DNA from: a virus
IMG/VR virus record: IMGVR_UViG_3300045988_142756
Direction: 5' to 3' (one strand)
DNA: 64,000 nt
Below are positions 1 through 6,555 of the stretch, one piece after another. The notes under the pieces are model-generated. The model was not told where the DNA came from. It saw only the letters and a list, made by a program, of their open reading frames with translations, and ran no database searches. Each line of letters starts with the position of its first letter. Positions within the stretch are counted from its first letter, which is position 1. The position numbers and the translations under genes were made by a program.

Positions 1-261
1 AACGACCTTATACATAGTGCGCCATTTTTCCAACCTGGCGTTGTTCAGCAACCTGATATTAGTGTAACTAACTATGGCTGGATTTGTCCAAAATGTGGTG
101 CGGTATTATCGCCGTCAACACAAGAGTGTCCATATTGTACTCCGCATAAATCGACTTGTGGACCAAATAATGGCTCTCCTATTAAAACAGTACCATTAAC
201 TGATGTTACAACACAACCGCAAGTATATAAAGGTGTAAGCAATGAAACGAATAATACTTAA
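1..261 (+). CDS. 3' end of a gene starting upstream of the window; zinc-ribbon-like CxxC...CxxC
   Basis: Frame 1 is open from base 1 to TAA at 259-261 (...NYGWICPKCGAVLSPSTQECPYCTPHK...). It is absent from the ORF track because it has no start inside the window. Confidence 0.5.
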   Translation, partial: NDLIHSAPFFQPGVVQQPDISVTNYGWICPKCGAVLSPSTQECPYCTPHKSTCGPNNGSPIKTVPLTDVTTQPQVYKGVSNETNNT

Positions 262-457
262 AATAATTGATGTAGATGAAGAAGACGCACTTGAATGTGT
301 CAAACAATGTATTGAAACTAAAAGCAAAGATTGCGTATGGGCTTTTACTAAACCATACCCAAACGACGAAAGAATAATCGTATTTGATAAAATAAATAAA
401 AGTAGTATTAAATATACTATTTATAAAGAGAAAAATAATGAAGTTTCCAACATTTGA
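242..457 (+). CDS. hypothetical protein (71 aa)
   Basis: ATG at 242 overlaps the end of the upstream ORF. No recognisable motif. Confidence 0.4.
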   Translation: MKRIILKIIDVDEEDALECVKQCIETKSKDCVWAFTKPYPNDERIIVFDKINKSSIKYTIYKEKNNEVSNI

Positions 458-572
458 AGAAATTGATAAAGGTTATTGTGTGTATACTGATTATGTGTAT
501 CTGGGCAATGATGCTCAAGGCGAGCCTAAATACGGTGAGAAAAAAAGACCTCGAAGTTATAATTGCACATAA
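438..572 (+). CDS. small ORF (44 aa), possibly the 5' half of a two-frame gene
   Basis: ATG 438 gives hydrophilic, protein-like MKFPTFEEIDKGYCVYTDYVYLGNDAQGEPKYGEKK... The frame changes at the A7 tract at 540-546. Confidence 0.35.
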   Translation: MKFPTFEEIDKGYCVYTDYVYLGNDAQGEPKYGEKKRPRSYNCT

Positions 573-777
573 TAATTATAAGGAACTAATAAACGGTGTT
601 TATATTAAGCGTAACAGAAAACACGAAAACACAGGTTTTCGGTTCGTAATTGCAGGCAATAAATATGCCTACCGTTATAATTATTCAGAAAAAGGGTGGG
701 CAGATTGTGTGACTAAAATCAAATCGATTTTATTATTTTATCGTAAGTGTATTAACATTATTTTGAAAGAGAAATGA
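454..777 (+). CDS. hypothetical protein; only the part 3' of the A7 tract looks protein-like
   Basis: Track ORF with a TTG start. Its first ~30 codons read like out-of-frame sequence. After position 546 it reads DLEVIIAHNNYKELINGVYIKRNRKHENTGFRF... Confidence 0.4.
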   Translation: MKKLIKVIVCILIMCIWAMMLKASLNTVRKKDLEVIIAHNNYKELINGVYIKRNRKHENTGFRFVIAGNKYAYRYNYSEKGWADCVTKIKSILLFYRKCINIILKEK

Positions 778-971
778 AAGGTAACGAATTATTAGAAGAT
801 ATTTATAGCAAATTTAAGACTGGCGAATATGTAAAAATACCGTCAATGCGACAAATCGGCGACCATAAATGGGTTGTATATTTTTATGAAGGCGGTATCA
901 TTCACAGTGGTATTTATTATACCGAAGAAAGGGCAAGGACAAGGTTGGAGATTGAAAATGGTAAATTGTAG
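774..971 (+). CDS. hypothetical protein
   Basis: ATGA overlap with the previous ORF; 65 aa. Confidence 0.5.
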   Translation: MKGNELLEDIYSKFKTGEYVKIPSMRQIGDHKWVVYFYEGGIIHSGIYYTEERARTRLEIENGKL

Positions 972-1122
972 ATATTGTAAAGAAGTAGAAATACATACTT
1001 CCAAAAGAGGATATAATTATTATTATTGTACAGCAGTCCATAGAAATATAAGAAACAGTAATATGCCGGACAGAGACTGCCCTTATGCAAATAAAGTAAT
1101 TAGGAAAAGTAATAAGAAATGA
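958..1122 (+). CDS. small Cys-rich, putatively zinc-binding protein (54 aa)
   Basis: ATG 958 overlaps the stop of 774..971. Sequence MVNCRYCKEV...YYYCTAV...DCPY. The N-terminal part of track ORF 874..1122 overlaps the previous gene. Confidence 0.45.
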   Translation: MVNCRYCKEVEIHTSKRGYNYYYCTAVHRNIRNSNMPDRDCPYANKVIRKSNKK

Positions 1123-1430
1123 GAATTAAAAAAGAAAAGACAATGTGTCAAAATTGTGGCGTATTTGAAGTATATGCAAAAGGTTTATGTTCTGCGTGCT
1201 ATCAAAGGGCAAGAAGAAATGGAACACCAGAATATAAAGTATGTAACAAAACAGAAACGGCGAGAATCGACAGACAAAAGCGAAAAAAGAAAGCCTTAAA
1301 TAAATATAAACCCACAACAGAAAAAGGGAAATACATACTTTCTCGCCGTAAACAAGGGGTATCAATACAAGACCTAACACAAGAATTAAATGTATCAAGA
1401 CAAACAATATATAATCTATTAAAGAAATAA
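1119..1430 (+). CDS. DNA-binding regulator: N-terminal zinc ribbon plus C-terminal helix-turn-helix
   Basis: CQNCG...GLCSACYQRARRNG motif, and a C-terminal GVSIQDLTQELNVSRQTIYNLLKK resolvase-type HTH pattern. Confidence 0.65.
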   Translation: MRIKKEKTMCQNCGVFEVYAKGLCSACYQRARRNGTPEYKVCNKTETARIDRQKRKKKALNKYKPTTEKGKYILSRRKQGVSIQDLTQELNVSRQTIYNLLKK

Positions 1431-1532
1431 TAAAAACCCAAAAATTTCGGGGGCAGAAAAAAGACATAATATAATATATATTAAAAATATATATATTACC
1501 ATTAAATAAATAATAAAAGGAGACCAACAACA

Positions 1533-1763
1533 ATGATGTTACAACAATACTTACAACAAAGACAACAACAATTACAATACCAGTTAGAAAGAAAAGCAGA
1601 AATACAAAAAGAATACCAAACAACACAACAACAAATAAAACAATTAGAAGAACATCTAATAGCAATAGCAACTATATTTAACGAAATAAACGAAGAAAGC
1701 ATTAGACAAGAACTTGCAACAATAGAAGATTTACAAAAATCTACGGCTAAAAAGGAGAAATAA
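1533..1763 (+). CDS. Gln-rich coiled-coil protein
   Basis: AAAGGAG RBS 10 nt upstream. The heptad-like QQ-rich sequence explains the spurious minus-strand ORFs here. Confidence 0.5.
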   Translation: MMLQQYLQQRQQQLQYQLERKAEIQKEYQTTQQQIKQLEEHLIAIATIFNEINEESIRQELATIEDLQKSTAKKEK

Positions 1764-1765
1764 TA

Positions 1766-2017
1766 ATGTTTTTAACAGATTTAACTGAAAATGAACTTCA
1801 AATTGTAATTGATAAACTTATAGAAAAGTATGTAAGAGAGTATATGAGAAACCCTCTGAATGTACAAAATGTAGGTAAATTACATAGAGAATATAAAGAA
1901 GAACAGAAAGAAAGACAGTTACACGACCTCGAAGATACTTCTATTAAAGAATTTACTTTTGAAGACTGGTTCAAATATAAGGTCGAAAAAGCCGTAACTG
2001 ACAGTATTCTACGTTAA
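1766..2017 (+). CDS. hypothetical protein
   Basis: AAAGGAG RBS; 83 aa. Confidence 0.55.
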   Translation: MFLTDLTENELQIVIDKLIEKYVREYMRNPLNVQNVGKLHREYKEEQKERQLHDLEDTSIKEFTFEDWFKYKVEKAVTDSILR

Positions 2018-2032
2018 TTTTAATACAGATTT

Positions 2033-2128
2033 TTGTATAATTATAAATAAAATTGTATAATTATAACCAGGTGTATTGTATATAGTGAAAATATAACTTT
2101 TGGAAAATTTTATACAATTTTTATACAA
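2033..2128 (+). promoter_or_regulatory. cluster of TTGTATA half-sites (3 direct, 2 inverted) in a 170-bp non-coding region
   Basis: TTGTATA at 2033, 2053 and 2076. TATACAA at 2111 and 2122. The first two lie in a 14-bp direct repeat TTGTATAATTATAA and also read as TG-extended -10 boxes. Confidence 0.45.
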
Positions 2129-2130
2129 AA

Positions 2131-2172
2131 TTTACAAGATTCATTAAACACAAAGTATAATATAGATGTAAA
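2131..2172 (+). promoter_or_regulatory. early-type promoter TTTACA-N19-TATAAT-N5-TGTAAA
   Basis: TTTACA 2131-2136, TATAAT 2156-2161, TGTAAA 2167-2172. Same architecture as the elements at 5328 and 6460. Confidence 0.5.
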
Positions 2173-2188
2173 CAAGGAAAAGTAACAG

Positions 2189-2671
2189 ATGGACATACTT
2201 ATAAACATATCTCCAAACACTGCTTATAAGGTAATATGTAAAGGTGCTGATGCTGTACTACTTCGTAAAATATTGCCAGTAGTACATACCGAACAAGATA
2301 GGGTATTTATATATGTAGGGAAAACAAAGCAAAGTGTAATGCAAGTACCTAAACAATATAGACCTTTGATACGCAAATTTATGGGTAGAGTAATAGGAGT
2401 AGTAAAGCCGTTAAAAGTAGAGCAAGTATATAAGTCTGATTTCACTGGCGAAAATTTATTACAAGACCAGTTACAAATAACCGATGACGAATGTAGTGCT
2501 TTTATGCAGGAAAAACAACGGTCATCTATATTATACTTTAATAATAATGAATTAGAAATTTTCAAGCCTATATTATTAGATGAATTTTATAGAATTGCAA
2601 TGCAAAACAGGCAATATTTCTTAACTGAATTAAAGACAGTAATGAGTTGGGAGTATGTAGTGAGAAAATGA
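2189..2671 (+). CDS. hypothetical protein (160 aa)
   Basis: Long ORF, first gene after the regulatory region. Confidence 0.6.
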   Translation: MDILINISPNTAYKVICKGADAVLLRKILPVVHTEQDRVFIYVGKTKQSVMQVPKQYRPLIRKFMGRVIGVVKPLKVEQVYKSDFTGENLLQDQLQITDDECSAFMQEKQRSSILYFNNNELEIFKPILLDEFYRIAMQNRQYFLTELKTVMSWEYVVRK

Positions 2672-2847
2672 AACAGTATAAAATTGACGGCGGTAAAATT
2701 ATAACAGTTGTTTATAATGATATATTTCCTTATATTATATTAGATGAGAATAAATGTATTCTTAAACTAATTAAAACAAAGCACGAATTTGATTCCTATA
2801 TAAAAGAACATAAAGGAGAGATATTCATAGATGTTAGAGAAGAATAA
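2668..2847 (+). CDS. hypothetical protein (59 aa)
   Basis: ATG 2668 forms an ATGA overlap with the previous stop. The track start at 2647 is a TTG inside the previous gene. Confidence 0.5.
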   Translation: MKQYKIDGGKIITVVYNDIFPYIILDENKCILKLIKTKHEFDSYIKEHKGEIFIDVREE

Positions 2848-3052
2848 ATTAAGAGATTTCAATATTAAAGAATTAACATTATTGCATAATTTAGAGAAAA
2901 ACCTATTAACGGCGGACAGCGTAGATATTTATATTGATATTACTTGTTGCGACGAAAATAAACTCTGTAAAGCGATTAAGGATATGGGTTACAATATAAC
3001 ACAAGACAAGTCTAAATTCGACTGTAACCATATTTATATTGTTAGTATTTAA
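2831..3052 (+). CDS. hypothetical protein
   Basis: ATG 2831; 17-nt overlap with the previous ORF. Confidence 0.45.
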   Translation: MLEKNKLRDFNIKELTLLHNLEKNLLTADSVDIYIDITCCDENKLCKAIKDMGYNITQDKSKFDCNHIYIVSI

Positions 3053-3076
3053 TACTATATATTATATATATTATAT

Positions 3077-3238
3077 ATGTCAGCATTTCAAAGAGTTAAA
3101 GAAGAATTGTTACAGTTACAGGAAAAAATATCTAAATTAGAAAATTTTATGCAGACGGCAAAATATGAAAGTTTAGATAAAGATATGCGGTATTATATGT
3201 ACCGACAGTTATTAGCAATGAGAGATTACGAAAGATGA
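3077..3238 (+). CDS. small helical protein whose conserved C-terminal helix is interrupted by TGA; possible read-through to 3307
   Basis: MSAFQRVKEELLQLQEKISKLENFMQ...YRQLLAMRDYER-TGA-LKARILLWRTEDLEDGEKLPVQ-TAA. Not in the track because it is under 60 aa. Confidence 0.5.
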   Translation: MSAFQRVKEELLQLQEKISKLENFMQTAKYESLDKDMRYYMYRQLLAMRDYER

Positions 3239-3281
3239 TTAAAAGCAAGAATTCTCTTATGGCGAACAGAGGATTTAGAAG

Positions 3282-3518
3282 ATGGAGAAAAATTACCAGT
3301 GCAGTAAATGCAATAATAATACTTTCTATATTAAGAACTTTACCGACGAAGATGGCGTATTAAAAAGAATAGGTCTTTATTGCAGTAAATGCAATACGTG
3401 GAAGAAATGGGTTACGGTGGCAGAAGCCGCTAATTATCCTTCCGTCGGTTCAGAGGTAGATGAAAAATTACCCGAAATTCTTATTATTAACGGGGTTAGA
3501 TATAAGAAAGTTAGGTAA
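3282..3518 (+). CDS. zinc-ribbon protein (78 aa)
   Basis: CSKCNNNTFY...CSKCNTWKKW, two CxxC pairs. Confidence 0.5.
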   Translation: MEKNYQCSKCNNNTFYIKNFTDEDGVLKRIGLYCSKCNTWKKWVTVAEAANYPSVGSEVDEKLPEILIINGVRYKKVR

Positions 3519-3655
3519 ACAATATAATATAGTTGAACATATATTTTAATTAGGACAGCAGATTGCAACTGTTTTTGAGTACCTACTTGTATTTTCCTGG
3601 GGAAAGAATTACTAATTAAAATATACTTCAAATAAATTAAAAGGAAAATACGATA

Positions 3656-4108
3656 ATGACTAAACGGTCAAAATTCTCGCCGAAAGCGTTTGAATCAAAT
3701 TCTAAATTTTTACCCATAATTTCAGGTTATACACAAAAAGATACATCAGCGAATATTTATAATTCTATGCTGCTTTCTCCAGCCTTTCAAGATTTAACGG
3801 CGACAGGAATGCGGCTATATTTATATATGAAAGCAAGATACTATACAGAAAAGAAAACTGATGCACTAATAACCGAATATGAAAAATTAACAAATCAAAA
3901 TATAAATAAATCAATTAGGTTTACTTTTAATAAATCAGTTTGGCACGATTTATATCATATTTATCCTAATACTGCTGACGGCCGATTTCAAAAAGACCTT
4001 AACAGTCTAATCGAACACGGATTCATTGTTAAAATACAAAGTGGTAAGTTGACTAAGTCTAAGTCAATCTATGAATTTAGCGATAAATGGGTTAATTGGA
4101 AAAAGTAA
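3656..4108 (+). CDS. hypothetical protein, possibly a DNA-binding or initiator-like protein acting on the downstream iterons
   Basis: 150-aa ORF with an AAAAGGA RBS, immediately upstream of four palindromic repeats. The functional guess is positional only. Confidence 0.55.
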   Translation: MTKRSKFSPKAFESNSKFLPIISGYTQKDTSANIYNSMLLSPAFQDLTATGMRLYLYMKARYYTEKKTDALITEYEKLTNQNINKSIRFTFNKSVWHDLYHIYPNTADGRFQKDLNSLIEHGFIVKIQSGKLTKSKSIYEFSDKWVNWKK

Positions 4109-4132
4109 TATGTATGGTAAATTTTTATATAT

Positions 4133-4267
4133 GTATTACGAAATCGTAATAACCTAAAACTTAAAATCAATAGACACTTATTACGAAATCGTAATAACCA
4201 AAATTTACAAAAACCACAATCTTATTACGAAATCGTAATAACCTCTTATTACGAAATCGTAATAAGG
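4133..4267 (+). repeat. four copies of the 20-22 bp palindromic iteron TTATTACGAAATCGTAATAA(CC)
   Basis: Copies at 4134-4154, 4178-4199, 4222-4243 and 4246-4265. Each is a 9-2-9 palindrome (TTATTACGA aa TCGTAATAA). Start-to-start spacing is about 45, 44 and 24 bp. Confidence 0.9.
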
Positions 4268-4344
4268 AAAATAATTTTAATTAAAATCGTCTACAAAATA
4301 TACAATAATAATATATTTAATTTACGAGGCGAAAGAAACAGACA

Positions 4345-4551
4345 ATGAAGTCCTTATTATGCAATAAATCGGAAAAACCAAAAAGGTGTGAAAATTGTCA
4401 ATTTTATAGATATCACTTAGATGATACAATGACTCCATCAGTTATTTGTATTGTAAATAACGCTATTAAATTTGATTTAACTGAATTATATAAAGTATGC
4501 CCTTTAATCGGCATAGATAAAAAATCTATAGAAAGGGGGTTACAACGTTGA
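4345..4551 (+). CDS. Cys-containing small protein
   Basis: 68-aa ORF; CENCQFY...C...C. Confidence 0.5.
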   Translation: MKSLLCNKSEKPKRCENCQFYRYHLDDTMTPSVICIVNNAIKFDLTELYKVCPLIGIDKKSIERGLQR

Positions 4552-4730
4552 AAATAGTAAAAGGGTTATTTACAACTTTATTTATAATAGCGTTTATAAT
4601 AACATTATTATTAAGTATATACTTTTTAACTCACGGCGGAGTAGAAGTTATACAATCAGCAATAAAAGAATACGGCTTTTTTGACGCGATATTAGAATTC
4701 TTTAAGAAATTATTTACAAAAATCGCATAA
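4548..4730 (+). CDS. small membrane protein (TTG start)
   Basis: A GGGGG-type RBS lies 10 nt upstream of the TTG. One hydrophobic helix, LFTTLFIIAFIITLLLSIYFL. Confidence 0.5.
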   Translation: MKIVKGLFTTLFIIAFIITLLLSIYFLTHGGVEVIQSAIKEYGFFDAILEFFKKLFTKIA

Positions 4731-4776
4731 TCGTAAGTAATATAGTAATGTACATAAACCTTAAAAGGAGCATATT

Positions 4777-5346
4777 ATGGAACTTACGAATCAACAAGAA
4801 CAAGTAGTATTTAATTCAATTAAATTAAATTGTCAACAATGCCTTAAACTTTCATCTGGAATTTGCCGTGGTGAAGGGTGTGAATTATTTGCATTAAAGC
4901 AAACACTCGACGATAAAATCAACGGCGAAGAAAAGAGGAGAGTAGAAACAATAAATAAACTTTCGAATAAATTAAACTCACAAAGAACAAAATTAAATAA
5001 TTTAAGAAAAGAGAAAGAACAACTTGTACAACAAAGAAAATCAATATCTGAACTTATAAACAGATATTCAACTCAAATATATAATGCAGAAAAGAGTTAT
5101 ACAACGACTCAAAAAGAATTAGAAGCAATTAAGTACGGTAAACCTATTACATCAACGGTGCGTAAAATTAAACGCTCTAAATCTATAAATACTCAAGAAA
5201 ACCTTTATAATAAAATTACTGAATTAAAAAACGAATTCAGAAATACTACTAATCAAATGGAAAAAGTACGACTTTCTAAGAGAATTTGGTATTATAACTC
5301 AAAACTCAAAGAAATTCAAAAATCAAATTTACAAAATAAGCACTAA
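4777..5346 (+). CDS. coiled-coil protein with an N-terminal Cys cluster
   Basis: AAAAGGAG RBS; CQQCLKLSSGICRGEGC followed by a long K/E/Q-rich coiled coil. Confidence 0.6.
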   Translation: MELTNQQEQVVFNSIKLNCQQCLKLSSGICRGEGCELFALKQTLDDKINGEEKRRVETINKLSNKLNSQRTKLNNLRKEKEQLVQQRKSISELINRYSTQIYNAEKSYTTTQKELEAIKYGKPITSTVRKIKRSKSINTQENLYNKITELKNEFRNTTNQMEKVRLSKRIWYYNSKLKEIQKSNLQNKH

Positions 5347-5368
5347 TTATAGTATAATAAATTGTAAA
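5328..5368 (+). promoter_or_regulatory. early-type promoter TTTACA-N19-TATAAT-N4-TGTAAA
   Basis: TTTACA 5328, TATAAT 5353, TGTAAA 5363. Heads the ncRNA / small ORF / tRNA transcription unit. Confidence 0.5.
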
Positions 5369-5393
5369 GGAACTTTCAAAATAAAATAGCCAA

Positions 5394-5543
5394 CAATGGT
5401 CGGGCAGGTAAAACCAAGTTAAACATAATGCAATCATAACTAAACTCCAAGGTTGATTTTGTACTGGGATGTCCTAAAACAATGATAAAAGATACACAAG
5501 ATAAACGCAGTGGTAAAAGACCATAAACACCTGCCCACCATTG
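5394..5543 (+). ncRNA. candidate structured RNA: 15-bp closing helix enclosing 119 nt
   Basis: CAATGGTCGGGCAGGT (5394-5409) pairs with ACCTGCCCACCATTG (5529-5543) with one bulged C. The region is GC-rich relative to its surroundings and has no ORF inside. Confidence 0.35.
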
Positions 5544-5561
5544 CGTTTAATTAAAAAACAA

Positions 5562-5735
5562 ATGATAGACGATAAACCGGTTATTGTAACAGATAAACAA
5601 AAGATAAAAGAAATCAAAGAAGCACTAAAAACTTCTAAATGTACATTTACAATTGAATCAGCAGAAAAAGACGAATTGCCTGAAAATGCAAAAGAAATTT
5701 GGTTTAGCCAAAATAAAACACAAAAGAAGAAATAA
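5562..5735 (+). CDS. hypothetical small basic protein
   Basis: ATG 5562. The track start at 5541 is a TTG inside the RNA helix. No clear RBS. Confidence 0.35.
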   Translation: MIDDKPVIVTDKQKIKEIKEALKTSKCTFTIESAEKDELPENAKEIWFSQNKTQKKK

Positions 5736-5739
5736 TTAT

Positions 5740-5826
5740 GCGAGAGTGGTGAAATAGGCAGACACACAAGACTTAAAATCTTGAGAAGTAAAATTCGTGT
5801 GGGTTCAAGTCCCACCTTTCGCACCA
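5740..5826 (+). tRNA. tRNA-Leu (anticodon UAA), type II with long variable arm, encoded CCA
   Basis: Acceptor GCGAGAG/CTTTCGC; anticodon arm CAAGA-CTTAAAA-TCTTG; T arm GTGGG-TTCAAGT-CCCAC; ends ACCA. Confidence 0.9.
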
Positions 5827-6049
5827 CGGTGGCACGACAAATTGTCACCCTATGGATAAAAAATCGCGTGTGCTGAAATAAAGCAAGGGTTACTAACTAA
5901 TTCGCGGTAAGTTAATTGTAACAAGATACTCAAAGTACAAGAGTATGGTAGTAGTTTGGAAGCGGTTCTACTACAAAATTTTTAACAGGGCTACTTAGAA
6001 AACGAACGAGGGAAATATCGTGTCCGAAGTAAATTTAGCCCTACTTTAT

Positions 6050-6126
6050 CGGGGCGTGGCGCAGTTTGGGAGCGCGAATGGTTTGGGACCATTAGGCCGG
6101 AAGTTCAAATCTTCTCACCCCGACCA
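6050..6126 (+). tRNA. tRNA-Pro (anticodon UGG), encoded CCA
   Basis: D arm GCGC-AGTTTGGGA-GCGC; anticodon arm AATGG-TTTGGGA-CCATT; T arm GGAAG-TTCAAAT-CTTCT. One C-A mismatch in the acceptor stem. Confidence 0.85.
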
Positions 6127-6140
6127 AAATAAAAATATTT

Positions 6141-6217
6141 GGACCTTTAGCACAGTTGGTTAGTGCGTTCGGCTCATAACCGAATGGTCCTTGGTTCGAG
6201 TCCAAGAAGGTCCACCA
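6141..6217 (+). tRNA. tRNA-Met or tRNA-Ile2 (anticodon CAU), elongator type, encoded CCA
   Basis: Acceptor GGACCTT/AAGGTCC; D arm GCAC-AGTTGGTTA-GTGC; anticodon arm TTCGG-CTCATAA-CCGAA; T arm CTTGG-TTCGAGT-CCAAG. Confidence 0.9.
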
Positions 6218-6229
6218 GGTATTCGTTTT

Positions 6230-6302
6230 GTAGGTTTGCTGTTACCGCTGTAAAACAGTAATGAGAGAAAGATACGCGTTAAATATCTCATATCAAACCT
6301 AC
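6230..6302 (+). ncRNA. tRNA-sized (73 nt) three-way-junction element between tRNA-Met and tRNA-Thr
   Basis: A 9-bp closing stem GTAGGTTTG/CAAACCTAC. Inner hairpins CTGTT/AACAG and ATGAGA/TCTCAT. It is not a canonical cloverleaf. Confidence 0.2.
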
Positions 6303-6305
6303 CTT

Positions 6306-6380
6306 GCTGGTATGGCTCAATGGCAGAGCAATTGATTTGTAATCAATAGGTTGTTGGTTCGACTCCAACTATCAGCTCCA
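6306..6380 (+). tRNA. tRNA-Thr (anticodon UGU), encoded CCA
   Basis: Acceptor GCTGGTA/TATCAGC; D arm GCTC-AATGGCA-GAGC; anticodon arm ATTGA-TTTGTAA-TCAAT; T arm GTTGG-TTCGACT-CCAAC. Confidence 0.85.
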
Positions 6381-6393
6381 ACTATCAGCTCCA
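6365..6393 (+). repeat. tandem duplication of the 13-nt 3' end of tRNA-Thr (CCAACTATCAGCT x2, then CCA)
   Basis: CCAACTATCAGCT at 6365-6377 and 6378-6390, followed by CCA at 6391-6393. Confidence 0.9.
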
Positions 6394-6421
6394 TATCATA
6401 ATCGTTCATTGATTTAACTCC

Positions 6422-6462
6422 GGGAAAAACAGTCAGTAGAAATATTGGCTGTTTTTTCTTTT
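6422..6462 (+). terminator. intrinsic terminator closing the tRNA operon
   Basis: GGGAAAAACAG (6422-6432) pairs with CTGTTTTTTCT (6449-6459) and is followed by a T run. It overlaps the -35 box of the next promoter. Confidence 0.7.
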
Positions 6463-6500
6463 ACAAAATTACTATAAAATATAGTATAATTTATTGTAAA
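6460..6500 (+). promoter_or_regulatory. early-type promoter TTTACA-N19-TATAAT-N4-TGTAAA
   Basis: TTTACA 6460, TATAAT 6485, TGTAAA 6495. Near-identical layout to the element at 5328. Confidence 0.5.
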
Positions 6501-6555
6501 GGATATACGAAATTGTATATAATAAAATAAACTAAATAAAAGTGAGGTAAGCGTA

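Noticed and set aside
1430-1532. An AT-palindromic stretch and a CCC...GGG mini-hairpin after the regulator gene, considered as a terminator.
   Set aside because: The stem is only 3 bp and there is no convincing U tail. This is too weak to call.
1126-1671. Long minus-strand ORFs: 1126..1671, 5474..5848, 7710..8177, 9730..10170, 10648..11096, 30309..30755, 53383..54498 and others.
   Set aside because: All lie antisense to better + strand genes or to tRNAs. They have junk-like hydrophobic or low-complexity translations and no RBS. The plus-strand genes are tightly packed with ATGA/TAATG overlaps. These ORFs are the expected artefact of AT-rich sequence that is poor in antisense stop codons.
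4133-4267. The possibility that the repeat array is a CRISPR array.
   Set aside because: There are only four copies. The repeats are perfect palindromes of 20-22 bp. The spacers are unequal (about 23, 22 and 2 nt). No cas genes are present. The features fit iterons or operators instead.
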